DNA of 64,000 nucleotides from contig JAIESW010000024.1 of the NCBI GenBank assembly GCA_019745565.1, forward strand, positions 129 through 64,128. Direction: 5' to 3'. Origin of the DNA: Burkholderiales bacterium. GTDB taxonomy: Bacteria; Pseudomonadota; Gammaproteobacteria; Burkholderiales; Ga0077523. Below the pieces are notes generated by a model, which saw only the letters and a program-made list of their open reading frames with translations, did no database searches and was not told where the DNA came from. Numbering within the stretch: position 1 is the first letter of the stretch; each line of letters begins with the position of its first letter. Shown one piece after another: positions 9,012 to 18,057 of the stretch. The translations under genes were made by a program, and so were the position numbers.

Positions 9012-9994
9012 GCGATTCTCTTCTCGAGGCTCGACGGGTTCACCACCCGGATCGGCTTGCCGTCGAGAAACGCGAGTACGTTCTCGATGGACTCGCCGTA
9101 GAACTGCTCGTACACCTCGCGGGTGCAGTAGCCCAGGTGCGGCGTCAGCACCACGTTGGGCAGCGTGCGCAGCGGATGCTCCTCGGGCAGCGGTTCCTGG
9201 TCGAAGACGTCCAGTGCTGCGATCAGGCGGCCTCGCCTCAGGTGATCCAGCAGCGCCTTCTCGTCGACGAGAGGTCCGCGCGACGTGTTGACGAGGATGG
9301 CGTGCGGCTTCATCCGATCGAGCTCCGTCGGCCCCACCACACCCCGCGTCCGGTCGGACAGGACCAGGTGCAGCGAGATCGCGTCGGCTTCGCCGAACAG
9401 CGTGGCCTTGTCCACGAGACGGGCATCGCACGCCACGGCCCGCTCGGCCGTCAGGTTCTGGCTCCACGCCATGACGTCCATGCCCAGAGCGTGACCGACA
9501 CGCGCGACGCGCGATCCGATCTTGCCCAGGCCGACGACCCCGAGCTTGCGGCCGGCGAGCATGGTGCCCAGCGGAACCTGATCCTGGAACCGCCCCGAGC
9601 GCAGCGCACGATCGGCTGCGGGAACGTGCCGCGCGGCGGCGAACAGCAATGCCAGCGCGATCTCGGCGGTGGTCGCGTTCGAGTGGTCGCTGCCGGTATT
9701 GCACACGACGATGCCGCGGGCCGTGCACGCGTCGAAGTCGAGCGTGCCCGAGCGCACACCGGTGAGGGCGATCATGCGCAGCCGCGGCAGGCGCGCGATC
9801 AGTCCCGCCGAGAACACGGTGCGCTCGCGCATCGCCACGACGATGTCGAAATTGACCAGGACACGGGCCGCCGCGTCCTGATCGGCGAAGGGCTCGGTGA
9901 GGATGACCACTTCCGCCCGACGCTCGAGGGCGGACCAGTCGGCGCACACGCGAGCGATGTTCTGCCAGTCGTCGAGGACGGCGATGCGGGTCAT
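9008..9994 (-). CDS. D-isomer-specific 2-hydroxyacid dehydrogenase family protein
   Basis: NAD site GVVGLGKIGSRVARVGHALGMDV and catalytic-region motifs (…NTSRGPLVDE…, …TPHLGY…). Start trimmed to MTRIAVLDDW. Confidence 0.8.
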   Translation of the reverse strand: MTRIAVLDDWQNIARVCADWSALERRAEVVILTEPFADQDAAARVLVNFDIVVAMRERTVFSAGLIARLPRLRMIALTGVRSGTLDFDACTARGIVVCNTGSDHSNATTAEIALALLFAAARHVPAADRALRSGRFQDQVPLGTMLAGRKLGVVGLGKIGSRVARVGHALGMDVMAWSQNLTAERAVACDARLVDKATLFGEADAISLHLVLSDRTRGVVGPTELDRMKPHAILVNTSRGPLVDEKALLDHLRRGRLIAALDVFDQEPLPEEHPLRTLPNVVLTPHLGYCTREVYEQFYGESIENVLAFLDGKPIRVVNPSSLEKRIA

Positions 9995-10101
9995 GGCATC
10001 GGGAAGTTCCGAATGAACGAGAACCGGATACTCCAGCATCCGCCGACGCGTGTCGACGGATGCCAACGTACTCTACGATGTCAGCTGCGCTGCGGTCGGT
10101 A

Positions 10102-10965
10102 TCAACCCCGGCCTTCGCGCACGAGCCGGAAATCGTAGACGGCTTCGCTGAACGGCCGCTCCGAGGACTGCCCGTCCGGAGTCCGGCCGGCCGGCAGATC
10201 GCGGAATTCGACGACCAGCGAATCCTTCACCCCGAACACGGCGTCCGATTCGAGGTACTTGTCCCCCTTGACGAACAGGTGCGTGATGATGGGTTCGTAC
10301 CCCGGCGCCGACACCTTCGTGTGGACGTGCGCAGGCCGATACGGATGCCGCCCCATGCCGAGCAGCATCTTGCCTACCGGGCCGTCGGTCGGGATCGGGT
10401 AGCTCACCGGCTTGGTGGTGCGAAAGCCGAAGCGGCCCTGTGCATCCGTGGTGAACTTGCCGCGGGCGTACGAGGCGCCGGGACGCTGCACGTCGTAGAA
10501 GCCTTCGGAATCGTTTTGCCACACGTCCAGTTCGGCGCCCTCGATCGGCTTGCCGTCCACGTCGAGCACGCGTCCATGCACGTACGCCGGCATACCCGGC
10601 AGACCCTCGGCGATGTCGGCCCACATCGGCAGTTGCTTCGAGCCGGCCACGTAGAAGGGCCCGAGCACCGTGGTTTCGGTAGCACCGCCGGGCTTGCGAT
10701 GGTTGATCGCGTCCACCAGCATCGAGACGCCGAGCGTGTCGGACAGCAGGATGTACTCCTGGCGCTTGTCGTCGCACTTCTGTCCGGTCGCGGTGAGGAA
10801 CTGGATGCCCGCGAACCACTCGGCCTCGGTCAGTTCGGTCTCACGCACGAACGCATGCAGATGACGGATGAGGCTCGTCATGATCTGCCGGAAGCGCTCG
10901 TCCGCCTGGCCCTCGATGCGGGCGAGGACGGCGTCGGTCAATGTCTGTTCCAGCGAACTGCCCAT
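10102..10965 (-). CDS. hydroxyquinol (1,2,4-benzenetriol) 1,2-dioxygenase, intradiol family
   Basis: 287 aa. Intradiol dioxygenase core (…LGPFY…, …RPAHVHTKV…) with the hydroxyquinol-type N-terminal domain. Clustered with maleylacetate reductase. Confidence 0.8.
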   Translation of the reverse strand: MGSSLEQTLTDAVLARIEGQADERFRQIMTSLIRHLHAFVRETELTEAEWFAGIQFLTATGQKCDDKRQEYILLSDTLGVSMLVDAINHRKPGGATETTVLGPFYVAGSKQLPMWADIAEGLPGMPAYVHGRVLDVDGKPIEGAELDVWQNDSEGFYDVQRPGASYARGKFTTDAQGRFGFRTTKPVSYPIPTDGPVGKMLLGMGRHPYRPAHVHTKVSAPGYEPIITHLFVKGDKYLESDAVFGVKDSLVVEFRDLPAGRTPDGQSSERPFSEAVYDFRLVREGRG

Positions 10966-10996
10966 GGCGGGTCTCCGGGAAAGGGTGAGAGCGACT

Positions 10997-11377
10997 CTAC
11001 TTCAACGATTCGAGGTAGCGGATCAGCTTCGCGCGGACCCGCTCCTCGTCCTGGAAGTAGACCATCTGTGCCTTCGGGGCCACGGCGAGCGTGTCGGTGA
11101 GCCACTGGTCGAGCAGTTCCACGGTCCACGTCTTGCCCTTCAGCGCTTCCTTGATGCCGTCGGAGAACACGAATCCGTCCACGGCTGCGGCGGGGCGGCC
11201 GATCAACCCGAACAGGTTCGGACCCTGCCCGTGCTTCTCGCCCTTCTCGAACGTGTGGCACTGGCTGCACTGGCGGATGACCAGTTCCTTCGCGGCCGCC
11301 AGATCATCGGCGGCGAGCGCGGGCGCACTGCAGAAGGCGGCCGCGATCAGGCCGCCCGTGATGAGGTTCGACTTCAT
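10997..11377 (-). CDS. monohaem class I c-type cytochrome (periplasmic)
   Basis: 126 aa. Signal peptide MKSNLITGGLIAAAFCSAPALA, haem motif CSQCH, distal Met (AQMVYF). The track ORF to 12745 is an artefact. Confidence 0.85.
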   Translation of the reverse strand: MKSNLITGGLIAAAFCSAPALAADDLAAAKELVIRQCSQCHTFEKGEKHGQGPNLFGLIGRPAAAVDGFVFSDGIKEALKGKTWTVELLDQWLTDTLAVAPKAQMVYFQDEERVRAKLIRYLESLK

Positions 11378-11442
11378 GACGTTTCTCTCCACATCCTGAT
11401 GGGGTGAAGGGACCGGCCGGGTCCGGCCGGTCCCGATCGACA

Positions 11443-13173
11443 TCAACCGCGCACCGGTTCCTTGTTCGCGGCATTGGCGGCGCGATACGCGAAGCCGATG
11501 ATCGGCCCGAGCGTGCCGCCGCCGGCCCAGTAGGCACGGCCGGACGCCGACGCGACGCAGTTGCCGACGCCGTACAGGCCGGGGATCGGCTTGTCCTCGA
11601 TGTCGAGCACCTGCCCCTCCGGATTGGTCTTCGGCCCGCCCTTGGTGTCGAGCGTGCCGCCGGTCACGAAGGCCGCGTAGTACGGCCCCTTGTCGCTGAG
11701 GGGCCACATGGTGGGGTTCTTCCGGTTCGGCTCCTCCTTCACGTTGCCGTTGAACAGCAGATCCACGCCGCGCTCGCCGCGATGGAAGTCGAGATCCTTG
11801 CCGTTGGCGGCGAACTCGTTGAAGCGCTTGATGGTGGCCTTGAGGTTCTGCACATAGTCGGCGGAGATGCGCATGCCGCCGTTGTGGCTCGCGTACTTCT
11901 GCAGACGTGCATCGATGTTCGCCGCCAGCTCCTCGAGTGTCGCGCCCTTGATGACGTGACGGTCGTCGGAGCCCGGCGGCACGATCAGGCGGCCGTACTC
12001 GTGACTCGCGGAATGGTCCTGGGCGCGCTGATCCCAGATGGAGGTGAGGATGAGATAGGGGAACTGGGCGTTGGCCCCGTCCCACTCGAAGAACTTCTGC
12101 GCGAGCTCGTTGTAGTGCAGCTTCTCGTTCACCACGCGCTTGCCGTTCTTGTCGACGAAGATCATCGAGTCGCCGGCCACCGAGAAGCAGCCGATCATCG
12201 ACGGATCCTTGGCGATCGCCTTCTCGAACGAGATGGGACACATCCAGGCGTAGTTCATGTTGCGCAGCTGCACGCCGAGCGTGCTGGAGATGCGGATGAA
12301 GTCGCCCTCGTTCGTCATGGCCGCGCAGCCGCCGTAGGCCGGGATGGACAGGAAGTTCTTGCGCAGCTCGGGATCGTGGGTGAAGCCGCCGGTGGCGAAG
12401 ATCACGGCCTTGCGCGCCTTCACGCGCAGCACGCCGTCGTCGTTCTTCACCTCTACGCCGATCACTTCGCGCTTGTCGTTGAGAATGACCTTCTGCACCC
12501 GATGGCTGGTGCGCACCGTGACCCCGTCGCGGCGGCACGCCGTGGACAGCGTGCGCGTCGCCACCTGACCGCCGTCGGACATCGAGGGTGCTCCGTCTTT
12601 GGGGAACAGCACGCGCCCGGTGGCACCGATAGTCTCCATCTCCGCGAAGTAGTCCGGCACCGGGGCCACGTGGCGGTAGGGCAGCGCGCCCTTCTCGGAC
12701 AGCAGCTCGGTGCCTACCGAAGAGCTGTCGTAGATCGCCTCGCACATGGCGTACTCCCAGTCGGAAAGACCGAGCTTGGGAGCGTTCGGATCGAAGCTCT
12801 GGGGCTGGGACAGCCGTGCGACGTAGCGGAGGAAGTGCTCCTTGGAGTCGGGGATGCCCGCCTTCTGCATCGCGGCATTGTTCGGGACCCAGTACCAGTA
12901 TGCGGCCTTGAACGACGTGCCGCCCAGCGTCGCGGCCTTCTCGTACACCGCGACCTTGTTCCCGAGCCAGCGCGAGAACAGCGCCACCGGCAGTCCTGCA
13001 CCGCCGCCGCCGCAGACGACGATGTCGAACTCCTGATCGAAGGTCGCGGCCAGCGCTTCCTTCGCACTCAGCGTAACCGTGCCGAACGTGGCTGCCGCAG
13101 TCCCCGCGGTCGCCGCCTTCAGAAAACCGCGTCTTGCCTTGTCTGCCTGCTGCTCGATCTCCTTGCCGGACAT
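11443..13173 (-). CDS. Tat-exported FAD-dependent oxidoreductase (FAD_binding_2 / flavocytochrome-c flavin-subunit / KstD-like family)
   Basis: Twin-arginine signal KARRGFLKAATAGTAAATFG and dinucleotide fold DIVVCGGGGAGL. 576 aa. C-terminal GLYGVGNC typical of the succinate dehydrogenase/fumarate reductase flavoprotein superfamily. Confidence 0.8.
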   Translation of the reverse strand: MSGKEIEQQADKARRGFLKAATAGTAAATFGTVTLSAKEALAATFDQEFDIVVCGGGGAGLPVALFSRWLGNKVAVYEKAATLGGTSFKAAYWYWVPNNAAMQKAGIPDSKEHFLRYVARLSQPQSFDPNAPKLGLSDWEYAMCEAIYDSSSVGTELLSEKGALPYRHVAPVPDYFAEMETIGATGRVLFPKDGAPSMSDGGQVATRTLSTACRRDGVTVRTSHRVQKVILNDKREVIGVEVKNDDGVLRVKARKAVIFATGGFTHDPELRKNFLSIPAYGGCAAMTNEGDFIRISSTLGVQLRNMNYAWMCPISFEKAIAKDPSMIGCFSVAGDSMIFVDKNGKRVVNEKLHYNELAQKFFEWDGANAQFPYLILTSIWDQRAQDHSASHEYGRLIVPPGSDDRHVIKGATLEELAANIDARLQKYASHNGGMRISADYVQNLKATIKRFNEFAANGKDLDFHRGERGVDLLFNGNVKEEPNRKNPTMWPLSDKGPYYAAFVTGGTLDTKGGPKTNPEGQVLDIEDKPIPGLYGVGNCVASASGRAYWAGGGTLGPIIGFAYRAANAANKEPVRG

Positions 13174-13267
13174 GTTCCTCTCCCCTTGTGATCTCTGGTT
13201 GAACGACTCAGGTTGAATGGGACGGTCTGGTACGGGGCACTGATGTGCCGTTCGCCGTCTTGGAACT

Positions 13268-14470
13268 TCAAACGCGCTCCAGCACCGCCGCGATGCCCTG
13301 GCCGACGCCGATGCACATGGTCGTCAGCGCATAGCGCAGCTTGCGGTGCTGCAGTTCGTGGGTGGCGGTCGCGACCAGGCGTGCGCCGCTCATGCCGAGC
13401 GGGTGGCCCAGGGCGATGGCCCCGCCGTTGGGATTCACGCGCGGGTCGTCATCCGCGATGCCGAGTTGCCGCAGCACCGCGAGACCCTGTGCCGCGAAGG
13501 CTTCGTTCAACTCGATCACGTCGAGCTGTTCCTGCTTGAGCCCGAGGCGCGCGAACAGCTTCTGCGAGGCCGGCACCGGCCCGATGCCCATGATGCGCGG
13601 TGCGCAGCCGGCGGTGGCGACGCCGACCACGCGAGCGAGCGGTGTGAGGCCGTGCTTCTTCGCCGCGGCCTCGCTGGCGAGGATCAGGGCGCAGGCGCCG
13701 TCGTTTACACCCGAGGCGTTGCCTGCGGTCACGGTGCCGTCCGGTTTCACGATCGGCTTCAGCTTCGCGAGTGCTTCCATGGAGGTTTCGCGCGGGTGCT
13801 CGTCCTGGCTCACGACCACCGGATCACCCTTCTTCGCCGGGATGGTCACCGGCACGATCTCCTGCGCCAGCCGGCCGTTCTTCTGGGCGGCGGACGCGCG
13901 GGCCTGGGAACGCAATCCGAACGCATCCTGGTCGGCGCGCGATACCCCGAAGTCGGCCGCGACGTTCTCCGCGGTTTCGGGCATCGAATCGACCCCGTAC
14001 ATCTGCTTCATCGTCGGATTGACGAAACGCCAGCCGATGGTGGTGTCGTACACCGCGGTGGTGCGCGAGAAGGCGTTGTCCGCCTTCGGCATGACGAAGG
14101 GGGCGCGCGACATGCTCTCGACGCCGCCGGCGATGATCAGCTCGGCTTCGCCTGCCTTGATCGCGCGTGCAGCGATACCTACCGCATCCATGCCCGACCC
14201 GCACAAGCGATTGATGGTGCTGGCCGGAATCTCCTTCGGCAGTCCGGCCAGCAGCAGCGCCATGCGCGCCACATTGCGGTTGTCCTCGCCGGCTTGGTTG
14301 GCGCACCCGAACACCACATCGTCCACGGCGCTCCAGTCGACGTTGCCGTAGCGCTCCATCAACGCCTTGAGCGGAACCGCACCGAGGTCATCCGGGCGCA
14401 CCGACGAGAGCGAGCCGCCGTAACGGCCGATGGGGGTGCGCACTGCAGCGCAGATGAAGGCTTCCGGCAT
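13268..14470 (-). CDS. pcaF: 3-oxoadipyl-CoA thiolase / acetyl-CoA C-acyltransferase
   Basis: 400 aa. Thiolase motifs (…[12 protein letters not shown]…, C-terminal …CIGVGQGIA…) and a PcaF/PaaJ-like N-terminus [19 protein letters not shown]. Sits in the 3-oxoadipate gene context. Confidence 0.8.
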   Translation of the reverse strand: MPEAFICAAVRTPIGRYGGSLSSVRPDDLGAVPLKALMERYGNVDWSAVDDVVFGCANQAGEDNRNVARMALLLAGLPKEIPASTINRLCGSGMDAVGIAARAIKAGEAELIIAGGVESMSRAPFVMPKADNAFSRTTAVYDTTIGWRFVNPTMKQMYGVDSMPETAENVAADFGVSRADQDAFGLRSQARASAAQKNGRLAQEIVPVTIPAKKGDPVVVSQDEHPRETSMEALAKLKPIVKPDGTVTAGNASGVNDGACALILASEAAAKKHGLTPLARVVGVATAGCAPRIMGIGPVPASQKLFARLGLKQEQLDVIELNEAFAAQGLAVLRQLGIADDDPRVNPNGGAIALGHPLGMSGARLVATATHELQHRKLRYALTTMCIGVGQGIAAVLERV

Positions 14471-14473
14471 GGT

Positions 14474-15496
14474 TCAGTCCTTGGGTGGTTCACGCAGCAC
14501 CAGGCGGCGCTGCACGGGGAAGAAATGGAGGTCGAAGCGGTGGGATACGTAGCCCCACAGCCCGCGCGGAAAGCGGATCGTGACGACGATGGCGAGCAGG
14601 CCCAAGCCCACGAGGTACCAGGTGCCGTACTCGGAGAAATACTTGTTGAGCAGCCAGAACAGCACGACGCCGACGATGGGCCCCTCGATCGTGCCGATGC
14701 CGCCGATCATCACGATGAAGATGGTGAAGGCGGTCCAGTTCACGGTGAACGCCGCGTCCGGCGAGATGCGCAGGTTGCCGAGGAAGTAGAGCGCGCCCGC
14801 GAGCCCGGCGCCGAAGGCGGCAACCACGTACACGCCGAGCTTCGTCGCGCGCACGTTGACCCCCTGGCTTTCGGAGGCGATCTCGCTGTCGCGGATGGCG
14901 AGCAGCGCGAGGCCCTGGCGCGAACGCAGGAACCAGTAGACCAGGGCCACCGACGCCACCGCCGAGATGAGACACAACCAGAACGTGACCGACACGCGCG
15001 TGGCCTTTTCGATACCACGCAGCGCCGTGAGGCTGGTGCCGGAACCGCCGCCCACCGCGGAGACGTTGGCGATGGACAGGCGGAACACCTCCGCGATCAC
15101 CCAGGTGCCGATGGCGAAGTAGCCGCCCTGCAGCCGGAAGGCGATCTTCGAGACCGGAATGGCCACCAACATCGTGAGCACCGCCGCGATCGGTACCGCG
15201 ACGAACGGATTCACGCCCATGAAGTTGCCCATCACCACCAGTGCGTAGCCGCCGAGGCCCAGAAACGCCTGCTGGCCGATGGACACCATGCCGCCGTAGC
15301 CGGCCAAGAGGTTCCACATCATGGCGAAGATGAGATAGCAGGCCATCTCGTTGAACTCGCGCATCCAGCCGTGATCGGCCCACCAGGGAAAGGTGGCGAG
15401 GAAGACGACGAACACCGCGGCCAACGCACCGCCCGTGCGGCTCGCACGCGTGGCGCGCGAGACCTCGAAGGCGATGGCGGGTGCGTTCGTGGTCAT
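14474..15496 (-). CDS. HAAT ABC transporter permease, LivM-like (second system)
   Basis: Starts MTTNAPAIAF. The ATG overlaps the upstream stop (ATGA). Multi-TM, with NLLAGYGGMVSIGQQAFLGLGGYA. Confidence 0.88.
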   Translation of the reverse strand: MTTNAPAIAFEVSRATRASRTGGALAAVFVVFLATFPWWADHGWMREFNEMACYLIFAMMWNLLAGYGGMVSIGQQAFLGLGGYALVVMGNFMGVNPFVAVPIAAVLTMLVAIPVSKIAFRLQGGYFAIGTWVIAEVFRLSIANVSAVGGGSGTSLTALRGIEKATRVSVTFWLCLISAVASVALVYWFLRSRQGLALLAIRDSEIASESQGVNVRATKLGVYVVAAFGAGLAGALYFLGNLRISPDAAFTVNWTAFTIFIVMIGGIGTIEGPIVGVVLFWLLNKYFSEYGTWYLVGLGLLAIVVTIRFPRGLWGYVSHRFDLHFFPVQRRLVLREPPKD

Positions 15497-16371
15497 CGCG
15501 TCTTCGGGAACAGGCCCGAGGGTCGGAACAGCAGCATCGCGAGGAACACCACATGGCCCGCCCAGATGCCCCAGCCCGGGTCGATGCGGAAGCCGATCGC
15601 CTGGGTGACGCCGAGTATCACGCCGCCGGCGAAGGTGCCGTAGAACGAACCCATGCCGCCGATGATCACGGCCTCGAACGCGTACAACAGGAGTGCCGGG
15701 CCGTCGGAAGGCGAAACCGTCGTCTTCATGCCGTGCAGCGTTCCCGCGATCGCCACGAGCGCAAAGGCAATCCCCGTGGCGAGCGCGTAGACGTGTCGAT
15801 GATCGAGGCCCATCAGCTCGGCGGCATCGCGATCGTCGCTGACCGCACGAAAGGCACGACCCAATGCCGTGCGGCCGAACAGCCATTGCATGGCGACCGC
15901 CATGACCACGGCGACGCCGAAGATGAGCAGGGGCAGCGTGCCGACCGCGAGTCCGCCGCCGATCTCGACGCTCGCGATGTTGAGTCCGCCCGAGTCGATG
16001 GAGCGTGGGTCGGCGCTGTAGACCTCCTGCAGGACGTTCTGGATGACGATCGCGAGGCCGAAGGTGACGACGAGCGAGGGCAGCGGATCCTTGCCGAGCG
16101 TGCCGTTGAGCACGAAGCGCTGGAGGCCGTAGCCGGCGGCGAAGGCGATCGGGAGCAGGACGCCCATGGCGATCCACGGCGCAGCGGCCGGCGGAAGTCC
16201 GAGCGCGAGGGCCAGGGAGAAGGCACCGAAGGCAGCGAGGATGATGAAGTCGCCGTGCGCGGTGTTGGTGAGGCGCATGACGCCGAAGATGAGCGATTGA
16301 CCCATGGCGAAGAGCGCGTACAACCCGCCGAGGAGGACGCCTTGGACGATGGTGTCGAGCCACGCGGTCAT
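15493..16371 (-). CDS. HAAT ABC transporter permease, LivH-like (second system)
   Basis: 292-aa hydrophobic ORF (…GGLYALFAMGQSLIFGVMRLTNTAHGDF…). Confidence 0.88.
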   Translation of the reverse strand: MTAWLDTIVQGVLLGGLYALFAMGQSLIFGVMRLTNTAHGDFIILAAFGAFSLALALGLPPAAAPWIAMGVLLPIAFAAGYGLQRFVLNGTLGKDPLPSLVVTFGLAIVIQNVLQEVYSADPRSIDSGGLNIASVEIGGGLAVGTLPLLIFGVAVVMAVAMQWLFGRTALGRAFRAVSDDRDAAELMGLDHRHVYALATGIAFALVAIAGTLHGMKTTVSPSDGPALLLYAFEAVIIGGMGSFYGTFAGGVILGVTQAIGFRIDPGWGIWAGHVVFLAMLLFRPSGLFPKTR

Positions 16372-16529
16372 GCGAGGACCTTGTTACCTATGCCGCGCGA
16401 GACACATCCCAAAGGAAAGCGCTCAACGCGGCGGAATGCCAAGGCGAAAGCCTCGTGCTTGGGCCAACGGTGGCTGGTCTCGCAGTGCGGGGGTTCCGCC
16501 GCGTTCTGTGTCTTCAGCTTGTCCATGGC

Positions 16530-17234
16530 CTACACCCCGAAGTAAGCCTGCGAGATCTGCTCGCGACTCAAGGCTTGCGAGGAACCCGACAGAGTCACCC
16601 GCCCCTCCTGCAGGCAGTACAACCGGTTCGACACCCGCTGCGCCACGCTCACGTCCTGTTCCACGATGATCACGGTCAAGCCTCCCGAGCACACCGCCGG
16701 CAGCGTGTCGTAGATCTCCTTCACCACGATCGGTGCGAGGCCCAGCGAGATCTCGTCGCAGATGAGCAGCTTCGGGTTGCTCATCAGTGCACGCCCGATC
16801 GCCACCATCTGCTGTTGTCCACCGGACAACGCCGTGCCGGGATTGCGCCGCTTCTCCTTGAGGATGGGGAACAGCCCGAACACGGTCTCGAGGTTCCACG
16901 GCCCGGTGCGCTTGGCATACGCACCCATCAGCAGGTTCTCTTCCACGCTCAGGCTCGGGAACAGACGGCGGCCTTCCGGCACCAGCGCCACGCCGCGCTG
17001 CACGATCCTGCCTGCGGGCAGGCCGCCGATCGCTTCGCCTTCGAACATCACGGCATCGCGCTTCGCCTTCAGCAGGCCGGCCACGGTCTTGAGGAAGGTG
17101 GACTTGCCGGCACCGTTCGCGCCGATGATCGCAACGATCTCGCCCTGGGCGATCTCGAAGTCGACGCCGAACAGCGCCTGGAAGTCTCCGTAGAAGCTTT
17201 CCAGGCCCCGGGTGGCCAGCAGCGGAGCGGTCAT
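16530..17234 (-). CDS. HAAT ABC transporter ATP-binding protein, LivF-like
   Basis: 234 aa. Walker A GANGAGKST, signature LSGGQQQM, Walker B LLICDE. Confidence 0.9.
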   Translation of the reverse strand: MTAPLLATRGLESFYGDFQALFGVDFEIAQGEIVAIIGANGAGKSTFLKTVAGLLKAKRDAVMFEGEAIGGLPAGRIVQRGVALVPEGRRLFPSLSVEENLLMGAYAKRTGPWNLETVFGLFPILKEKRRNPGTALSGGQQQMVAIGRALMSNPKLLICDEISLGLAPIVVKEIYDTLPAVCSGGLTVIIVEQDVSVAQRVSNRLYCLQEGRVTLSGSSQALSREQISQAYFGV

Positions 17235-17953
17235 GCTTCCAGACCCATGTAGACGCGCCGCACTTCGGCGTCATTCATCACGGCTTCCGGTTCCCCTTCC
17301 GCAAGCTTCTGGCCGAAATTGATGACGAACAACCGGTCCGCGACTGCGAGCAGCGCGTGCACCACGTGCTCGATCCAGACCATCGTGACGCCCTGGGCCT
17401 TGATGCGATGGATCTCCTCCACCAGTTCCTTCGCTTCGTGCTCGGTCAGGCCGCCGGCGATCTCGTCGAGCAGTAGAACCTTGGGGCTGGTCGAGAGCGC
17501 GCGCGCCAGTTCGAGGCGCTTGCGGTCCAGCAACGTGAGGCTGCCGGCGAGACGGTTCGCCTTCGACAGCAGTCCGGTCTCGCGCAGGATCTCGACGGCG
17601 CGATCGTAGGTGTCCTTCTCGGGTCGCTGCGACCCGAAGGACGCGGCGGCCACCAGGTTCTCGAACACCGTCATCGCGCCGAAAGGCTGCGGGATCTGGT
17701 ACGAGCGGCCGATGCCGAGGCGGCAGCGGCGGTGCGGCGGCTCGCGGCTCACGTCACGACCGTCGAACGATACGCGGCCGGCGTCGGTGCGCACATCACC
17801 GCTGATCAGGTTGAACAGCGTCGTCTTGCCGGCGCCGTTGGGACCGAGGATGCCGAGCGTCTCGCCGTGGTCGACCGCCAACGTGATGTTGTCGGTGACC
17901 TTGAGTGCGCCGAAGCTCTTGCTCACGCTGTCGAGCGCGAGTATCGCGGACAT
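17231..17953 (-). CDS. HAAT ABC transporter ATP-binding protein, LivG-like
   Basis: Starts MSAILALDSVSKSFG. Walker A GPNGAGKTT, Walker B LLLDEIAGG. 4-nt overlap with livF-like. Confidence 0.88.
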   Translation of the reverse strand: MSAILALDSVSKSFGALKVTDNITLAVDHGETLGILGPNGAGKTTLFNLISGDVRTDAGRVSFDGRDVSREPPHRRCRLGIGRSYQIPQPFGAMTVFENLVAAASFGSQRPEKDTYDRAVEILRETGLLSKANRLAGSLTLLDRKRLELARALSTSPKVLLLDEIAGGLTEHEAKELVEEIHRIKAQGVTMVWIEHVVHALLAVADRLFVINFGQKLAEGEPEAVMNDAEVRRVYMGLEA

Positions 17954-18014
17954 CCGGGTCTCCTGGATCGTTGTGGCGCGGAGCGAGTCGTTCGCCCTCC
18001 GCCGATCTCTCGGG

Positions 18015-18050
18015 GGCCTGCGCGCGGGATCTGAGCCCGCGGCGCAGGCC
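18015..18050 (-). other. intercistronic GC-rich hairpin after the binding-protein gene
   Basis: GGCCTGCGCGCGGG-ATCTGAG-CCCGCGGCGCAGGCC (14 bp, one bulge), located between the SBP stop and the livG-like start. No U-tract. Confidence 0.5.
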
Positions 18051-18057
18051 GCTGCCG

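Noticed and set aside
8082-9947. 621-aa fusion ORF (and similar: 10997-12745, 14474-16363, 46247-48010, 47080-49374, 57165-58748, 58547-60199).
   Set aside because: Only the C-terminal parts carry recognisable domains. The upstream parts run through neighbouring genes in another frame. Internal starts with SD sites or stop/start overlaps give proteins of normal family length.
16423-17274. 283-aa ORF overlapping livF-like in another frame, and 5490-6368 antisense to the Crp regulator.
   Set aside because: There are no motifs, the composition is Arg/Gly/Pro-rich, and each is fully overlapped by a well-supported gene.
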